Shown here piece after piece: positions 39,504-52,736 of a DNA stretch of 64,000 nucleotides. The first letter of the stretch is position 1; the number at the start of each line of letters is the position of its first letter. A program made the position numbers and the translations under genes. This stretch comes from Ophelia neglecta. Taxonomy: Eukaryota. The stretch covers positions 17,794,001 to 17,858,000 of the forward strand of contig OZ260664.1 in the NCBI GenBank assembly GCA_965285935.1. The letters run 5' to 3'. The notes beneath the pieces were generated by a model. The model was not told where the DNA came from, searched no databases, and saw only the letters and a list, made by a program, of their open reading frames with translations.

Positions 39504-41368
39504 AATGTATTGCCAAAAAGGCACTTTTCTTGCTGTACAGAGATGTTAACAAATTTAATTTGAGTATTAGGGAGAAATGTGAACTTTTCGATAAGCTAAT
39601 TTTTCCAATTTTGAATTATGGCTGTGAGGTTTGGGGACAGCACCCCTCTCCTGATATTGAAAAGGTACATCTCAGCTTCTGTAAAAAGGTTCTCTCTCTT
39701 CGTTCATCTACCAAATCAGATTTAATTTATGCTGAGCTAGCAAGACTGCCCATGCATACTCATCGTAAATTTGCGATTATAAGGTATTGGCTAAAACTCG
39801 TGACAGGTCCAGAGAAACTTGGTAAGAGGCTGTATTTTGCTGCAAAAAACGCATCGCCTCTACCGTGGGTCGAATACGTAAAGAATACTTTGTATAGTTC
39901 GGGTTTTGGGGATGTATGGTTGAATCAAGGGGTTGGGAATGCTGATCTGTTTTTGTCTTTGTTTAAGCAAAGGGTTCAGGACAGTGCTTTCCAGGTAATA
40001 CATGAGCACTTGTCTGAGTCAAACAAGTCACTAGTATATATTCATCTCGATGTTCCGCAGATTTATAAAAAAAACTTCCCTGGTACCTCTGTGGTAACAT
40101 CTCTGTAAACAATACAATAACTCAAGCACGTTTTCGCTTGAGAAATCATCGTCTTGAAATAGAAACCGGCAGCTGGAGAAAACCTGGCTTGCCCATATCT
40201 GATAGAAAATGTATTTGGTGTAATGTTTTAGAAGATGAGTATCATTTCATTTTAGAGTGTGATAAATTTAAGGATCTGAGACAAAAGTATATCAATAGGT
40301 ATTATTATAATAATCCAAGCATGGCAACATTTTTACGGCTCTTAAACAGTAATAGTCCACAAGTGATAAATAATATGGCTCTGTACATCCGAAAAGGTCT
40401 TCTAAGACATAATGAACTTATAAATGTTTAAAATGTATTGCCAAAAAGGCACTTTTCTTGCTGTACAGAGATGTTAACAAATTTCATTTGAGTATTAGGG
40501 AGAAATGTGAACTTTTCGATAAGCTAATTTTTCCAATTTTGAATTATGGCTGTGAGGTTTGGGGACAGCACCCCTCTCCTGATATTGAAAAGGTACATCT
40601 CAGCTTCTGTAAAAAGGTTCTCTCTCTTCGTTCATCTACCAAATCAGATTTAATTTATGCTGAGCTAGCAAGACTGCCCATGCATACTCATCGTAAATTT
40701 GCGATTATAAGGTATTGGCTAAAACTCGTGACAGGTCCAGAGAAACTTGGTAAGAGGCTGTATTTTGCTGCAAAAAACGCATCGCCTCTACCGTGGGTCG
40801 AATACGTAAAGAATACTTTGTATAGTTCGGGTTTTGGGGATGTATGGTTGAATCAAGGGGTTGGGAATGCTGATCTGTTTTTGTCTTTGTTTAAGCAAAG
40901 GGTTCAGGACAGTGCTTTCCAGGTAATACATGAGTACTTGTCTGAGTCAAACAAGTCACTAGTATATATTCATCTCGATGTTCCGCAGATTAATAAAAAA
41001 CTTCCCTGGTACCTCTGTGGTAACATCTCTGTAAACAATACAATAACTCAAGCACGTTTTCGCTTGAGAAATCATCGTCTTGAAATAGAAACCGGCAGCT
41101 GGAGAAAACCTGGCTTGCCAATATCTGATAGAAAATGTATTTGGTGTAATGTTTTAGAAGATGAGTATCATTTCATTTTAGAGTGTGATAAATTTAAGGA
41201 TCTGAGACAAAAGTATATCAATAGGTATTATTATAATAATCCAAGCATGGCAACATTTTTACGGCTCTTAAACAGTAATAGTCCACAAGTGTTAAATAAT
41301 ATGGCTCTGTACATCCGAAAAGGTCTTCTAAGACATAATGAACTTATAAATGTTTAAAATGTATTGCC
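38586..41368 (+). repeat. Three tandem copies (926, 928 and 926 bp) of the LINE ORF2 3' end
   Basis: Junction ...AAAATGTATTGCC|AAAAAGGCAC... at 39512 and 40440. Copy 2 has a +2 A frameshift near 40070. Confidence 0.98.
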
Positions 41369-41800
41369 TTTCCTGTGATATTCGATAGCCTACTATAAAT
41401 ATTGTGCATATGACTTCCTTCTGTGATGTTGATTTATTAGTTACTTGCTACTTCGGAGCATAACATAACCCGGTGATTCTTTCACAGAGATTAATTTATT
41501 GAGCTATTTATTGAAATTGACTGTCTGTCCTGTGATATCTAATATTATAGTCATTGTGCATGTGTTTTCTTCTGTGATGTTGATTTATAAGGTGCATACT
41601 TTTCTCGAACATAACATTCTTTTCCACAGAGAACTATTTATTGTATTGTTTATTGTTCTATATATATATACTGTCCTGCTATTATCACTGTACAACTACA
41701 ATGTTGTAAAACATAAGGTTGAATAAATACTACTACTACTATGATAGCAATCTTCAAAACGTAGGGGTTATTGAAGCCAGCCCAGACATTCAAGAAACAG

Positions 41801-42060
41801 TACTGGGTGCATTTGTTTGAGTGCGCCTATGTACGTCTGGTGTACACCGCGCAAAAAGTTTGTGTTTTTTTAGGTAATTGTATTTACCCATGCGCACTAG
41901 GGCTAGTAGGTGCACCTGGTGTATGCCGCACGAATCTGGCCTGCACACTGGCCTGGTGCAACTACAAACAGCAAAATGGCCGGCCCGGAGGAGCAAACGT
42001 AAGTTTAACAGGTTAATCTGTTTTTGGTTAGTCTGTCACTACAGATAATATAAAGAAATT
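41801..42060 (+). mobile_element. Dispersed repeat, second copy (see 30757-31151)
   Basis: ACTGGGTGCATTTGTTTGA...GTCTGTCACTACAGAT is the reverse complement of the 30880-31151 copy, with mismatches. Confidence 0.7.
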
Positions 42061-42499
42061 AATGTCGCAGGTTCGATGCACAACAAGCAGAGCAAGAGAA
42101 AGGCTTAAAAAGGTTTAACTTAATTCTATTTAAAGCAAATATGTTTATAGATGACCTACATCTATTTGCAACATTGTAAGACAAAACGATTGTAGGACAT
42201 TTTGGTCCCATTAGTGTTGAACTAATTTAAAAGCAAAATTTCTCCCTTGACATAAACACGCCACTAAATTTTTGGGTGTGTGGTATTTACATGACAGTGT
42301 CAGGCAACAAACAGTACGCACTTGTCTTGTTGACTCAATATCCAGGTCCCGGGTATATCCAAGATGGTACATTGAAACAAAACTTCTATGCAGTTATACG
42401 CATATCTATGATATAACATGAAATTAAGTATATTAAGGCGAAGTCGAATATAGTGGCGGGGGCCGGGGTGGGGCTAATGAGTCTACTGTAAATCAACTG

Positions 42500-43415
42500 T
42501 TAAAAGTTGTCAATGGGACTCCTCAATACGCCGCCACGTGTTTAGCCTGCATATCTAGACAGATGACTCTCTGATATGTCTGGCTTTGATGCGCTTGACT
42601 GCCAAATGTATTTGGTATCTCAGCAATTGTAACGTTTGTTTGGTTGCAGTCCAGAAATGGATGACCCACTCCTTTCTAAGGTTTAACTGTGACAATGCCG
42701 AGAAAATAGTCTTGGGAAAACACATCAACTGGCCAAATGGTGTGTTCCCTCACTTCTAGTGAGTCCTTGCTCAAATACGCTTGTTCGTAATCTGGGAGTT
42801 ATGTTGTTATTACATGTCATTACTCTGGTAATGTCCCGACTGTTTCCATGAAATTAATGGCAAGGCTTCAGCGATTCCAGAACTGCGCAGCTTGCCTAGT
42901 GTTAAATCATTTCTGTGCAAGCTGCATGGCCTTCTTGTCCCCTTCCGGTCAAGCACAAGACTGCCTTTCTTATATTCAAGACACTGCATGGTCTGTCTCT
43001 ACTGTACATTTCAGAACATGTTGAAGTTGACCTAATTACCCTTTACAGTTAATTAGGTCAGCGTCAGAACACGTTCTCAAGGTACCATTGTCGAGATTGA
43101 TCATAGCTGTTGATAGAGCTTTCACCAATCATGGACCTGTATAAGCTTTGGAACCAATTGCCAAACCGCCTGAAAATATGGAACCAGTCAAAACCTTTAA
43201 ATCTAGATTAAAGACCCATTTCTACAAGCTCGCTTTCATTTGCTGATTGACTCGAAGTGAATGTGTGCCATGATATTCTCTAGTTCTGTTTTTAAATTCG
43301 CTTTATGCAATTTTATACGATTTCGATCGAGGTTTTTTGTATACTTTATATATAATAAAGCGCAATTGAGCTCATTTACGAGAAAGGAGCGCTCGATAAA
43401 TGCCAATATTATTAC
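42500..43415 (+). mobile_element. Decayed L2-type LINE 3' fragment
   Basis: DDSLICLAL...CLVAVQKWMTHSFLRFNCDNAE, VRNLGV and RLQRFQNCAA motifs, plus an L2-like 3' end (TAAAGCGCAATTGAGC...GCGCTCGATAAAT). Confidence 0.8.
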
Positions 43416-43992
43416 TTTTATGATTTATTATTAATTATTTTGTCATTGGATATTAGACTAACATGTACAGTTGCAAAGCACAATGCCCATGTCCCATTTA
43501 CTGAGACTTGGCAGGACGTTAAGACTTAAATCTATATATATGTTAACCTGGTACAAATTTTAGAAAAATAACTTAGTCCAATTCTCCCATAACAGTAAAT
43601 TATTTCCTGCCTGTGACGGACTTGAACTTCAATAAAAATGTTTAATATTGCAAATTAAGATTAGTAAACCTCTTTTCCAAGGAACAAGATCGAATGTTGA
43701 TGTACACGTGTGCGTGGGAAGTAAGCCAAAATGAAATTTATTTACTACAAAGAATGAGAAAAAACACAAGTCGGTACTATTGCTTAACATTCCTTAATTA
43801 ACTTGCTTTTAGAAAAGCAGTATAAGGAGACAACTGTGAACCACTCGGTTGTCAATCAGGAACTAGGTGCGATATCTTGTAGTCGAGTCCTTCTGTCAGG
43901 CGATGCAGCAGCCTAGAAGCTGATCTTCTAGAATTAAGCTACGAAATATAGAATAATCGTTATGAACTCTTAATATGAACGATTACACAGAA

Positions 43993-44252
43993 CTGGTGTA
44001 AAAGATTATAGGTCCCCAGGCTGAAAGGTTCAACCAAAATCAAAATCCTAGGACAACAAAATCCCGGAGACGTTATAAACCAGGGTTTTTCGACCGCGGG
44101 ACTAGTATCTCCACACCGGATTTCCGATCTTGTAGGATTCCTGGACCGGCGGATTTTAAATACTAGTTTATCACGACCGGGACTCCCGGGTTGGGTAAAG
44201 GTTAGTAAATGAAGGCCTTCCAGTCAGAGGACCTTTGAATCTTTTACACCGG
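43993..44252. mobile_element. MITE with ~22-bp imperfect TIRs
   Basis: GGTGTAAAAGATTATAGGTCC versus the reverse complement of GGACCTTTGAATCTTTTACACC, with AA on both flanks. Confidence 0.7.
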
Positions 44253-44532
44253 AAACAGTTGTACAGCATTTTGGAGGTGATGTCGCCATCGTCTAATTCT
44301 GCCCAGTACGTAACATTATTTTGTTATCTTCTTCTGCGCGGGATGCTCAAACGTAAAAACTCCCACACAAACATCATTTATTAATTTTCCCAGAATCTAC
44401 CATACAGCAATTTGATAATATAAATGGCTATGATTAATTCTTCCCAACGATTGTCCGAAGGCCAATCGCGTTTTAATTTGTCTTACCGTCTGTTTAGTAG
44501 GCCGGGAGTAATTAGCCCCGGTGCCATCGAAA

Positions 44533-44754
44533 TTATAGTGTTGATCCGTCTTCAGCCGTTTTGAAGACAAACATCTGGCTTCCGTTCGACCAACCGATGT
44601 GGTTTCTGGCATAGACTTGTATCTGATAGCTTGTATCTGCGTCCAGTCCATTCAGATTATAGGACATCATAGGCTCGTTTGGGTTGTCAAGTACGCGGCG
44701 CACTGTCCAATCAGATAAGGGGGCGCTTTCTTCACTGCCATCCGGGACCTCGAC
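44533..44754 (-). CDS. Fasciclin-2/NCAM-like FN3 exon (second half of FN3-2), ends in a stop
   Basis: VEVPDG...YNLNGLDADTSYQIQVYARNHIGWS...FVFKTAEDGSTL*. The acceptor is weak (GAAG|). Confidence 0.75.
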   Translation of the reverse strand, partial: VEVPDGSEESAPLSDWTVRRVLDNPNEPMMSYNLNGLDADTSYQIQVYARNHIGWSNGSQMFVFKTAEDGSTL

Positions 44755-45154
44755 CTTCATTCGATTAATTTTTACTGTCACATCACGTACTACATATAAT
44801 TGTATTAAAGTTCACTATGTTTAATTTCCCGCTCTGTTTTTATTAACAGCAAAAAACAGAACCACACATATCGTTGACATGCAGCAAGAATACTTGCAAG
44901 AACAATAAGAGTCTTAAGATAAAACCTTGTGCAACTCCACACAACCAGTAAGGTGCATTTAAGACCCAAATTTGACTTCTTTCATCCAAATAATAAGATC
45001 ATAGTAGTATGATTTTCGTAATGAGTATAAACTCGTTACGAAAACCGTCCTGCTACGACCACATTCTTCACCTTTCATCCATATAAGCTTCTGTTAGCGA
45101 ACACTTCTATATTACCGTTTAAAAATAGAATATAATGCAGATTGACTAACTCAC

Positions 45155-45282
45155 AGCTCTCCACTTGAACATGTACTCCATGATTGGAAAGCCTACGTTT
45201 TTAGGCCTCTCCCAAGTGACTCTGTACTCGTATGGATACGAACTGCGAGGGGCAGAATTCATCACAATCGTATATGGCTTCC
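45155..45282 (-). CDS. Fasciclin-2/NCAM-like FN3 exon (first half of FN3-2)
   Basis: TTGCAG| ... |GTGAGT, encoding (R)KPYTIVMNSAPRSSYPYEYRVTWERPKNVGFPIMEYMFKWRA. Phases match both neighbouring exons. Confidence 0.8.
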
Positions 45283-45581
45283 CTGCAACACAGTTTGCAA
45301 TTATATAATTGACATTATGATACAATTTACTAGTGTGACACCTATTATGCGCTTACTCTATAACAACAGTTTATCTGCCCAGTGGATCGATACATTTATT
45401 TATATGAAAATAATCACTTAATAGATATTTAACATATCTTAACGCATAAAAAGTATTGCGATGGTGTGATAATGTTAACATTTAAACTATAAAAAGCAAG
45501 TCCGGTCCATTTACAGTACTGCAGCAACCAAGATAAATATTGATAATGAGTTAATTCATTTCAATAAGCATTGGTTCCTAC

Positions 45582-45701
45582 TAATCGAAAGCGTTATGCA
45601 CAGGAAAGGGACAGCGATTCCGACTCCCTCTATATTTAGAGCTCGAACAGCAAATATGTACTGCGTGCTTGGTCTCAGATTCTCAATAATTATTGGCTGA
45701 T
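45582..45701 (-). CDS. Fasciclin-2/NCAM-like FN3 exon (second half of FN3-1)
   Basis: TTTTTCAG| acceptor, encoding QPIIIENLRPSTQYIFAVRALNIEGVG..., the classic FN3 L-x-P-x-T-x-Y-x-F-x-V-x-A-x-N motif. Confidence 0.8.
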
Positions 45702-46083
45702 CTGAAAAATGTAGTAAATCATATGTTAGCCTAGGGATAATAATATTAGTACTTGCCTGTTTGGTCACCGAACCTCTGCGTATGCGAATTGTCACTTCTA
45801 TTCATTTCTCAGCAATACGATCATAGATGCCAATGGAACAGATGACCACAAACATGTCAGACTGTACATGAAAACTACTGCTGTAATGTGTTTAACATAC
45901 TTTAACTTGACGGCTCATTCTAAACAACAAACTAATGTAACCATTTTTTATGTTAGCTCTTATAAGACATATCATTATTACCAAATAATTTGAATAACCA
46001 AATGAAACAACATGAAGTGGCAGGGGAATCACATAGAACAAAACAGTTGTCCACAGACATTCCAATATCTGCCCGTTTCTTAC

Positions 46084-46220
46084 CATAGACCGGTGATCAA
46101 ACTCCACCCGATATCCGAGTACGTCTGACCCGCCACTGTTGTCCGGGGCTGTCACATTTAGTGTAACTGTGGTTGGAGAAACGTCTATGAGATTCACATC
46201 GTCCGGAGGACCTGGCACTG
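46084..46220 (-). CDS. Fasciclin-2/NCAM-like FN3 exon (first half of FN3-1)
   Basis: Encodes VPGPPDDVNLIDVSPTTVTLNVTAPDNSGGSDVLGYRVEFDHRSM with donor GTAAGA. Its phase (0) does not match the next exon (1). Confidence 0.75.
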
Positions 46221-49200
46221 CTAAAAGAATTACAATTGATTGTTTAATAAATCCAGTCACTTCTGCTCTGAATGGTATAGTAGTTAGGGTAATTGTAATT
46301 TGCTAGAAATACAAGAACTTTGTGGCATTACTACCATCTAACCTATCAAAATGAATATCAAAGTGTACCAGGACTAGAGCATTGGCATGCCCTACGACCA
46401 GAGGATCTAAAATTGTTAGTACTAAACAATATGATACCAATGGAATTGAGAAGTAGTTAGAAGTTGTCCATGCTGTGGGCCAACCACAATACGAACAGCC
46501 AGCCAACTTAGTACGAAAATACCCCAAATAAATGTTCGCACTTTCACATTATAAAACGTTGAACAATATTTTATAACTTGCTAGGATCAAACCCATTGGT
46601 AATAAACAAAATTAGCCCAGCCCAATTGTCTGACGCCATGTGATGAATGTTCTAAAGTGTTTTACATTAGATCGGCGCAATTATTTCTAAGCGACCGATG
46701 AGATGTGTTTACTCTATTGTAGGTTTTACCCAGCATGGGGCGTTCCATGAAGCCTAGAACCGCCTGAGCTTGGGGGTAAACAATAGCAGGGAGGACTGCA
46801 GGAAAGTCAAATTATGGTCGATGACTCTCCTTTAGACTGCTCGGTTGAGGATTCTACTTGCCATCGTTTTAATACCTAGGCAGTAATAGACTGCAGTGTC
46901 TTTGAGTGATCAATTCCCCTCATCCTAGAGCTAGAGACCATTTGCATTTGCTTCATACATATATTATACGTATGTTGCAGATGCACGTGTTCGGTCACAA
47001 TAAAAGCGTGTTTTGTATAGACTTTCCGTGCAGGGTGGCCCTCAAGCCGGCGACTAACTTTGTCTAGTGATTGTCATCCCTGTCCATTAAATGTTGCACC
47101 CATATTGTATTAGTCTTTCGTATTTTGTTGAACAAATTGACACTATGAAAATATTTCTAATTCTGGGCAGATGTGCACATGTTTTATTGTAACCACCAGA
47201 CTTTAATTAAACTCATCTCTCCTATCTTAACTTATCTAGGATTTGAGGCCCGGGTGTATTTATTTATATAACCCGGGACATTTATGGACTGATACACAGT
47301 GTATACAATTACGTAAATTGCTACAAAACAAGTTAAGAGGGATGGTAGCGACTCGTGAAAAGTACTGTCTGACCCGCATATTTTGCTCTAGTCATCTTTT
47401 ATAAATCTATCATAATTTGACATACTCATCAGACCTCACGCAGCTCTTTGTCACCTATTTATTTTGAACGTACAATAATATATTTAATATTCAGCGCTAT
47501 GTATTTTCGCGGATTCTGCAGGGCTGTGATCGTCAAGCCATTTATTTCCAGAAATTTTTTTGCAGAAAAATATTATCACGAGGAGATTGTGGGCTGAATT
47601 TGATCTAACACGGGTGACTAAAGCTCCCACGTCACATTTGGAAAAAAATAACAGCCATCCTCCCCACCCACCCCCCGCCCACCGTCTTATTATTGTTATT
47701 TTCCAAGGCTCAATCCGCGCCTTGTTTCATTCGGTGTCACCTCGAGGGACGATAGCAGCGTGCATGCTGGTAAGTGGCACTACTAGTGAATATCAGTAGT
47801 ATTAATCAGACATGATGCACGAGTAGACATCGTATTCATAGACTTTGCTGAGTTTATATCTTTATTTCCTAAATGAAGATATGTTTCTTTCATTTCATTA
47901 CGGTCCTTCCAATAGAATCACTAACAAATAACTCTAGGGGGGTATTAAGCTTTGCTTGGGGTTTCAACTCAATAACATTTGTTTGGGATGTGTTGTTTAA
48001 TTATCCTAACTGCAACGAATGTCCACAGAATCTTCAACGGTAAATGGTTGACCCTTGTTGGTCTTAACTTTTGTAATTTGATGGTGTGAAAGTCATTAAA
48101 TACGGTTGCCAAACGCTGATGAACCTTTCGACCATTCGTTCCTTTGGGCTGAAGGCAGTTTTTGCCAGTAATAGACAGAATGACACTATTGACAAATCAT
48201 CACTGTATAAATTATCCAACGAGACACTGTATTGATACAAAAATCATTTTAATAACAGTAGAGAACTATTTCGACTTTCTCTTAAGGGAGCAGTCATTGA
48301 ACAAATGTGATACTGTACAGTTTTGAGCTAAATCCTGCGCGTTGTATTGTTAGGATATAGGGTTTATTTTAATATTAGGGTGTTACATGTTTTAGCTTTC
48401 ATTACATATTTGGCATGAGAACAACAAATAGTGTAACGGGCGTCATTTTTTTAGAATTTTATTTCAAGCGACAAATTGATACAGCCGCCACTGATACACG
48501 CTTCAACCGAGAGTCCTCTTCATTAAAATAGTATAATACATTGATTATTTATATTGATATAAACACTCTGAGACTATTGATAATTTGTAAAAGAGATTAC
48601 AAACCAGAACACACTAAACTATTAGTAATAAAGATACCAATAATAAATGAATGTCAATTATACTTCCGTGCTTTCATAATGAGGAGCTAAACAAATGATA
48701 ACGTTAGTCGCAGGCGTAAATTATCCCAACTTTTACTTGCAGTGCTTAGAATCTGAGGATTGCCGTTTGTGGGCGTGCATCTGACTTTTGCAAGTGATTG
48801 CCGACCGATTTAAATTGATTGTTCTTGGTTGTTGATTTTGATTCGTCTGAACAGTATCCACTCCCCTTTGTGACGTCAGTACGAAGAAAGTATGTTCAAG
48901 ATATATTCAGAGAAACAGGAGCATGTTTTATTATACGAGACATAAATAAAATTTGGTTTAAGATGCATATATTTGAATCAGAGTTTAATCCACAGAAGAT
49001 AATCTACAGTTTAAGATGCACATACGTTGGCACCAACTCTTTGTTAATAGCGTCGTTGTCTTTTGCACAACTCCAAATAAAAGACAGATATTTAAATAAA
49101 TGGAATGACAAATCCTAAGGATGATCTCTGGTCATGCACACTCTCAATAAAACATACTAGAAATAAATACTATTTTCAAATAGAAAGAACTGTCCATTGT

Positions 49201-49805
49201 TTATATACTTTCAATAAAGATAAAATTGCTGAGAAATAAGCATTTGAAATATTCAAAAAGGGCACCTTGCATAAAAGGCGAATGTTTTGCTAAATTCAAA
49301 TTGAATCATATTTGATTGAAATCAGGCCAAACTTAAATTTGATTTTTGATTTACATGCGCACACAGAGACTCACTGGTAAACAAACTCAGATATGATGAA
49401 TTGAAAATTTCGCCCTGATAAGCCGGGCATTTGAAAGTTCACAAAAAACGGTCGATCCAAAACATTTTCAAAGAAAAGTACCTCCAAAAAGTCTTCAAGA
49501 AAAGACTGTTCCACAACCGGTAGTGTGGCTTCTAAACTATTATAAACCTGTTAATCACATATCTTTATTTCGTTCCAATATGTCAGACTGTCCATGATTT
49601 CGAAAAGTGGACCTTGCATGTACAGAAACATCTTTGTAATGGTTTTAATCCACAAAAGAAATGTAATTTGAGAGTACACTAGATAGAATACTGAATGGTT
49701 AAAGTGTCATTCTAGGCCAGGGTACCTGGAGGATTTAAGGTGCTATTGTGCACTATTCATATGTATATTTCCACTGGCTAAACTAGCCGAGTCCCTGTTG
49801 AGTAA

Positions 49806-50796
49806 TTAAATTTCGTAGCCCAGTTCCTCCAGAACATCCTGACACATAGCTGACATGATCTTGGCAATGTCCTTGGTGACCTCTGACCTCCAGCTCTTAA
49901 TAAAGGTCACTGGAGAACATCGAAACGGGCCGAACTGGTCATGACACTTGACGACAGCGTCGACGGACTCCTTCTTCCAAATATGTACTTTAGATGGCGG
50001 TTGTAACCCCATCTGTTTAAACAGAGTCGTGGCAGCACTTACAGGGCTCGAAATGAGGCCCTCTAACGTTAAACGAAAGAACGCACCCGGGTATCTCTTG
50101 GTAAGTTTACGAAGCGCTTTTAAGTCATTTCGCATGCGCATGCACAACATACGTGCCTCTGTTGTCGGGCTTTTCAACCCAGTCTGCCAAGACAGAGTCC
50201 CCGAATTGGTACGCGCAATGGCCTCTGGTCTTGGGTCGCGGGGATGGTATATGACGTAAAGGTCCGGAATTTCTTGAAGCAGAAAATGAAGATCTTCAAT
50301 TGGTAAACGGTTGACGGTGGTAACACGGAGTGAGAAATGACTACAGAGCTTTGTGATAAAGGTCGCACAGTCTCGTGTCACCTTCTCTAAATATCGTATA
50401 CATTTACTATGGGCAACAAAATGGGACAGGCCATCGGGGCTCGGAAACGCTGCCCTAATGTTTACGGACAGGTTCCGGTAAACTTCGGTTGACCATTGCG
50501 AAATGGGTATATTGCGTAAACCTTGAATGACCTCTACACAGCGGCGTTCGTCCGCCATTGCAGTGTCTCTGTGGTGTTTTTTCAAAGCACCGCAGAAAGG
50601 TCCGACCCTCTGTCTACATTCGGCTGCCGGCCTTGCCTTCTCCTTGGCCTCGCCACACCCGCTAGCAGCTCCCAGTGCCCTGGATTCTCTTAACCCACTG
50701 TGCTGTAATGCCTCCACAGGCAACGCAGAGAAGTTACACTGGTAAAGCAACTTAAAATAGTCGAATATCGCCCGATTTTCCATGGCTCCGGGAACT
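49806..50796 (-). CDS. Carbohydrate sulfotransferase homolog (CHST1/3/4/5-like), exon 4 (last)
   Basis: TTTCAAG| phase-2 join. Contains DLYVIYHPRDPR, LCMRMRNDL, RLTLEGLISSP and a C-terminal SWR...CQDVLEELGY, typical of Gal/GlcNAc-6-O-sulfotransferases. Confidence 0.9.
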
Positions 50797-51132
50797 CTTG
50801 AAATATAAAATGCACTAAATGAAGGAATGAAAAGCCAAGCTATCGAACTTTGATTAACTTATTTCTCAGATTGAAATAACTAACTAATCCACAATAAATG
50901 GAAAGTAAAACACATTAGTTTGCATTTGGCTCGTAAAACTGTGAACCGGGTCCCATGTATGCAGTGGTAGTAATTGATCGTTAGGCCTGATAATTTACGT
51001 TACCTCTAACAGAGATACCTTAGGGCTAGTCAGTTAAGTTTAACATCAAGATTAATCATGTTTAAAAAACAAGGAAGGCCTAATAATTAGAGTTCAGAAA
51101 CAGTAAACTTTGGAGAGAACCAACAAACCCAC

Positions 51133-51338
51133 CTGTGCGATGAGTTCCAGTAGTATATGAGATCAAGAGGCAGGCTATCTGGGTCGTAAGCAAACAGAGA
51201 GGAGTAGAGGGGGTCCGCGGCCCGGGGGTACAGCATCCCGCGCCCGTCGGTGTTGTACAAGGCGCCCAGCGGGTCGGGCCCTGACAGGGTGTAAGTGTAC
51301 ACTAACACTCGGCGGATCTTAGAGCCGCTCTGTACTTC
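51133..51338 (-). CDS. Sulfotransferase homolog exon 3 (5'-PSB region)
   Basis: ATACAG| ... |GTGGGT, 206 nt, encoding EVQSGSKIRRVLVYTYTLSGPDPLGALYN...PLDLIYYWNSSH(R). Confidence 0.88.
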
Positions 51339-52736
51339 CTGTATAGGAAAGAATGAAAAAATACAGTGTAACCACAGAATTCAGTATTATTATTTCTATC
51401 CCTATGTGTTACCGAGCGACGCAGTTACATTTGTGAATGAAAACAAAGCCGTGACTGTGTTGAATATGGTTATATTGGAAATATAACAAGTCCTAAATTC
51501 ACAAAGGTGGGGGAACTTACCCACCACATAATAATATTGGTATTATCATTTACAGATGAACAATAATAAATGCACCATTTTACTGCAAATGTGTAGATAA
51601 TAGTGTTTTGAACAACATACATGCACTTACAAATTAATATAAATTAAACTAGAATAATATGTCATCAGAAATGTCGAAACAACAAAAATACCAGACAGGT
51701 GGAGTAGGGGAGGAGGTGGGCAAAATGTACTACCTTCTCTCTGGAGGGTCAGGCTGAAAAGAACCAACCCAGACTATGTCTGGCACACTTGGCTGAACAT
51801 GATCATGTGATCATTAGCATATACCTTATAAGGGTCTACAGCTGGTTACAAATTTCACTGCAGCTGACCACTACAGAGTGTTCCAAAATAACATGCAGTC
51901 ATCTAGATGGCATATATAGCATACAAAACATACTGGACAATTACAATGTGATGTTCAAAGAGTTTAAATTAATAACACAGTAATAGAAACTACTTTATTG
52001 ATACAATAAACTATATTTCTATCCCTATGTGTTACCGAGCGACGCAGTTACATTTGTGAATGAAAACAAAGCCGTGACTGTGTTGAATATGGTTATATTG
52101 GAAATATAACAAGTCCTAAATTCACAAAGGTGGGGGAACTTACCCACCACGAATCACTTGTGATGAGACCCCACCCAAGGAGAGAGGGAACACACACAAT
52201 GACACGGTCCTTTTGCGGTCATACTCAACATTCAGAACTTAAAATATGAAGCTGCCATTTGAAATGACATATATGTATTAAATAAGACGAGCGTTCTTTA
52301 AATCAGCGGAATTTATGAAAATTGCAATATTTTCATTAATATAATCAATGCATGGTAATGCAACCATTTTAAACTCACATTATTGACAATACTTAACGAG
52401 TACCCTTCACTCTGTAGCCATTAATACCGGCACTTCCAATCAGCTGTACACAAGACTGTGCACACATTTCAATTGAACATTTTTTGCAAATAATCAATAA
52501 CAACTCAAAAGATTAACTTAAATAAAGACATAATCACTTCTAAATTGTAACCAGGCAACCACATCTATATGTTAATATACCAATACATATAGCTGTACTA
52601 AAGCAGGGAGAATAAAGGGAGAATATATTTTAATGATACCCTACCTATTCTCATGTCGGCCATATTAAGTATTTTTTGGCTACCGTTAAGCATGAACTAA
52701 TTATCAAACTGGTGACTATGTTAGAGGCTAATTTAG

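Larger units (their letters stand above)
37237..41741 (+). mobile_element. 5'-truncated non-LTR retrotransposon (RTE-X-like; clade uncertain) with triplicated 3' coding end
   Basis: RT motifs GPDG, NYRGITLLS, QAGFR, DFKKAFD, GVRQGESLSP and LLYADD, plus a C-terminal HRLEIETG...C-x2-C...EDEYH...C. The 3' UTR ends AATAAA(TAC)n at 41722-41741. Frameshifts and a stop lie upstream of 37791, and there is no endonuclease domain. Confidence 0.95.

Noticed and set aside
46305-46460. Coding-looking ~50-aa + strand frame (RTLWHYYHLTYQNEY...)
   Set aside because: Isolated, with no recognisable family and no partner exons.
47810-47860. VDIVFIDFAEF RT-like motif
   Set aside because: Too short to support a LINE call by itself.
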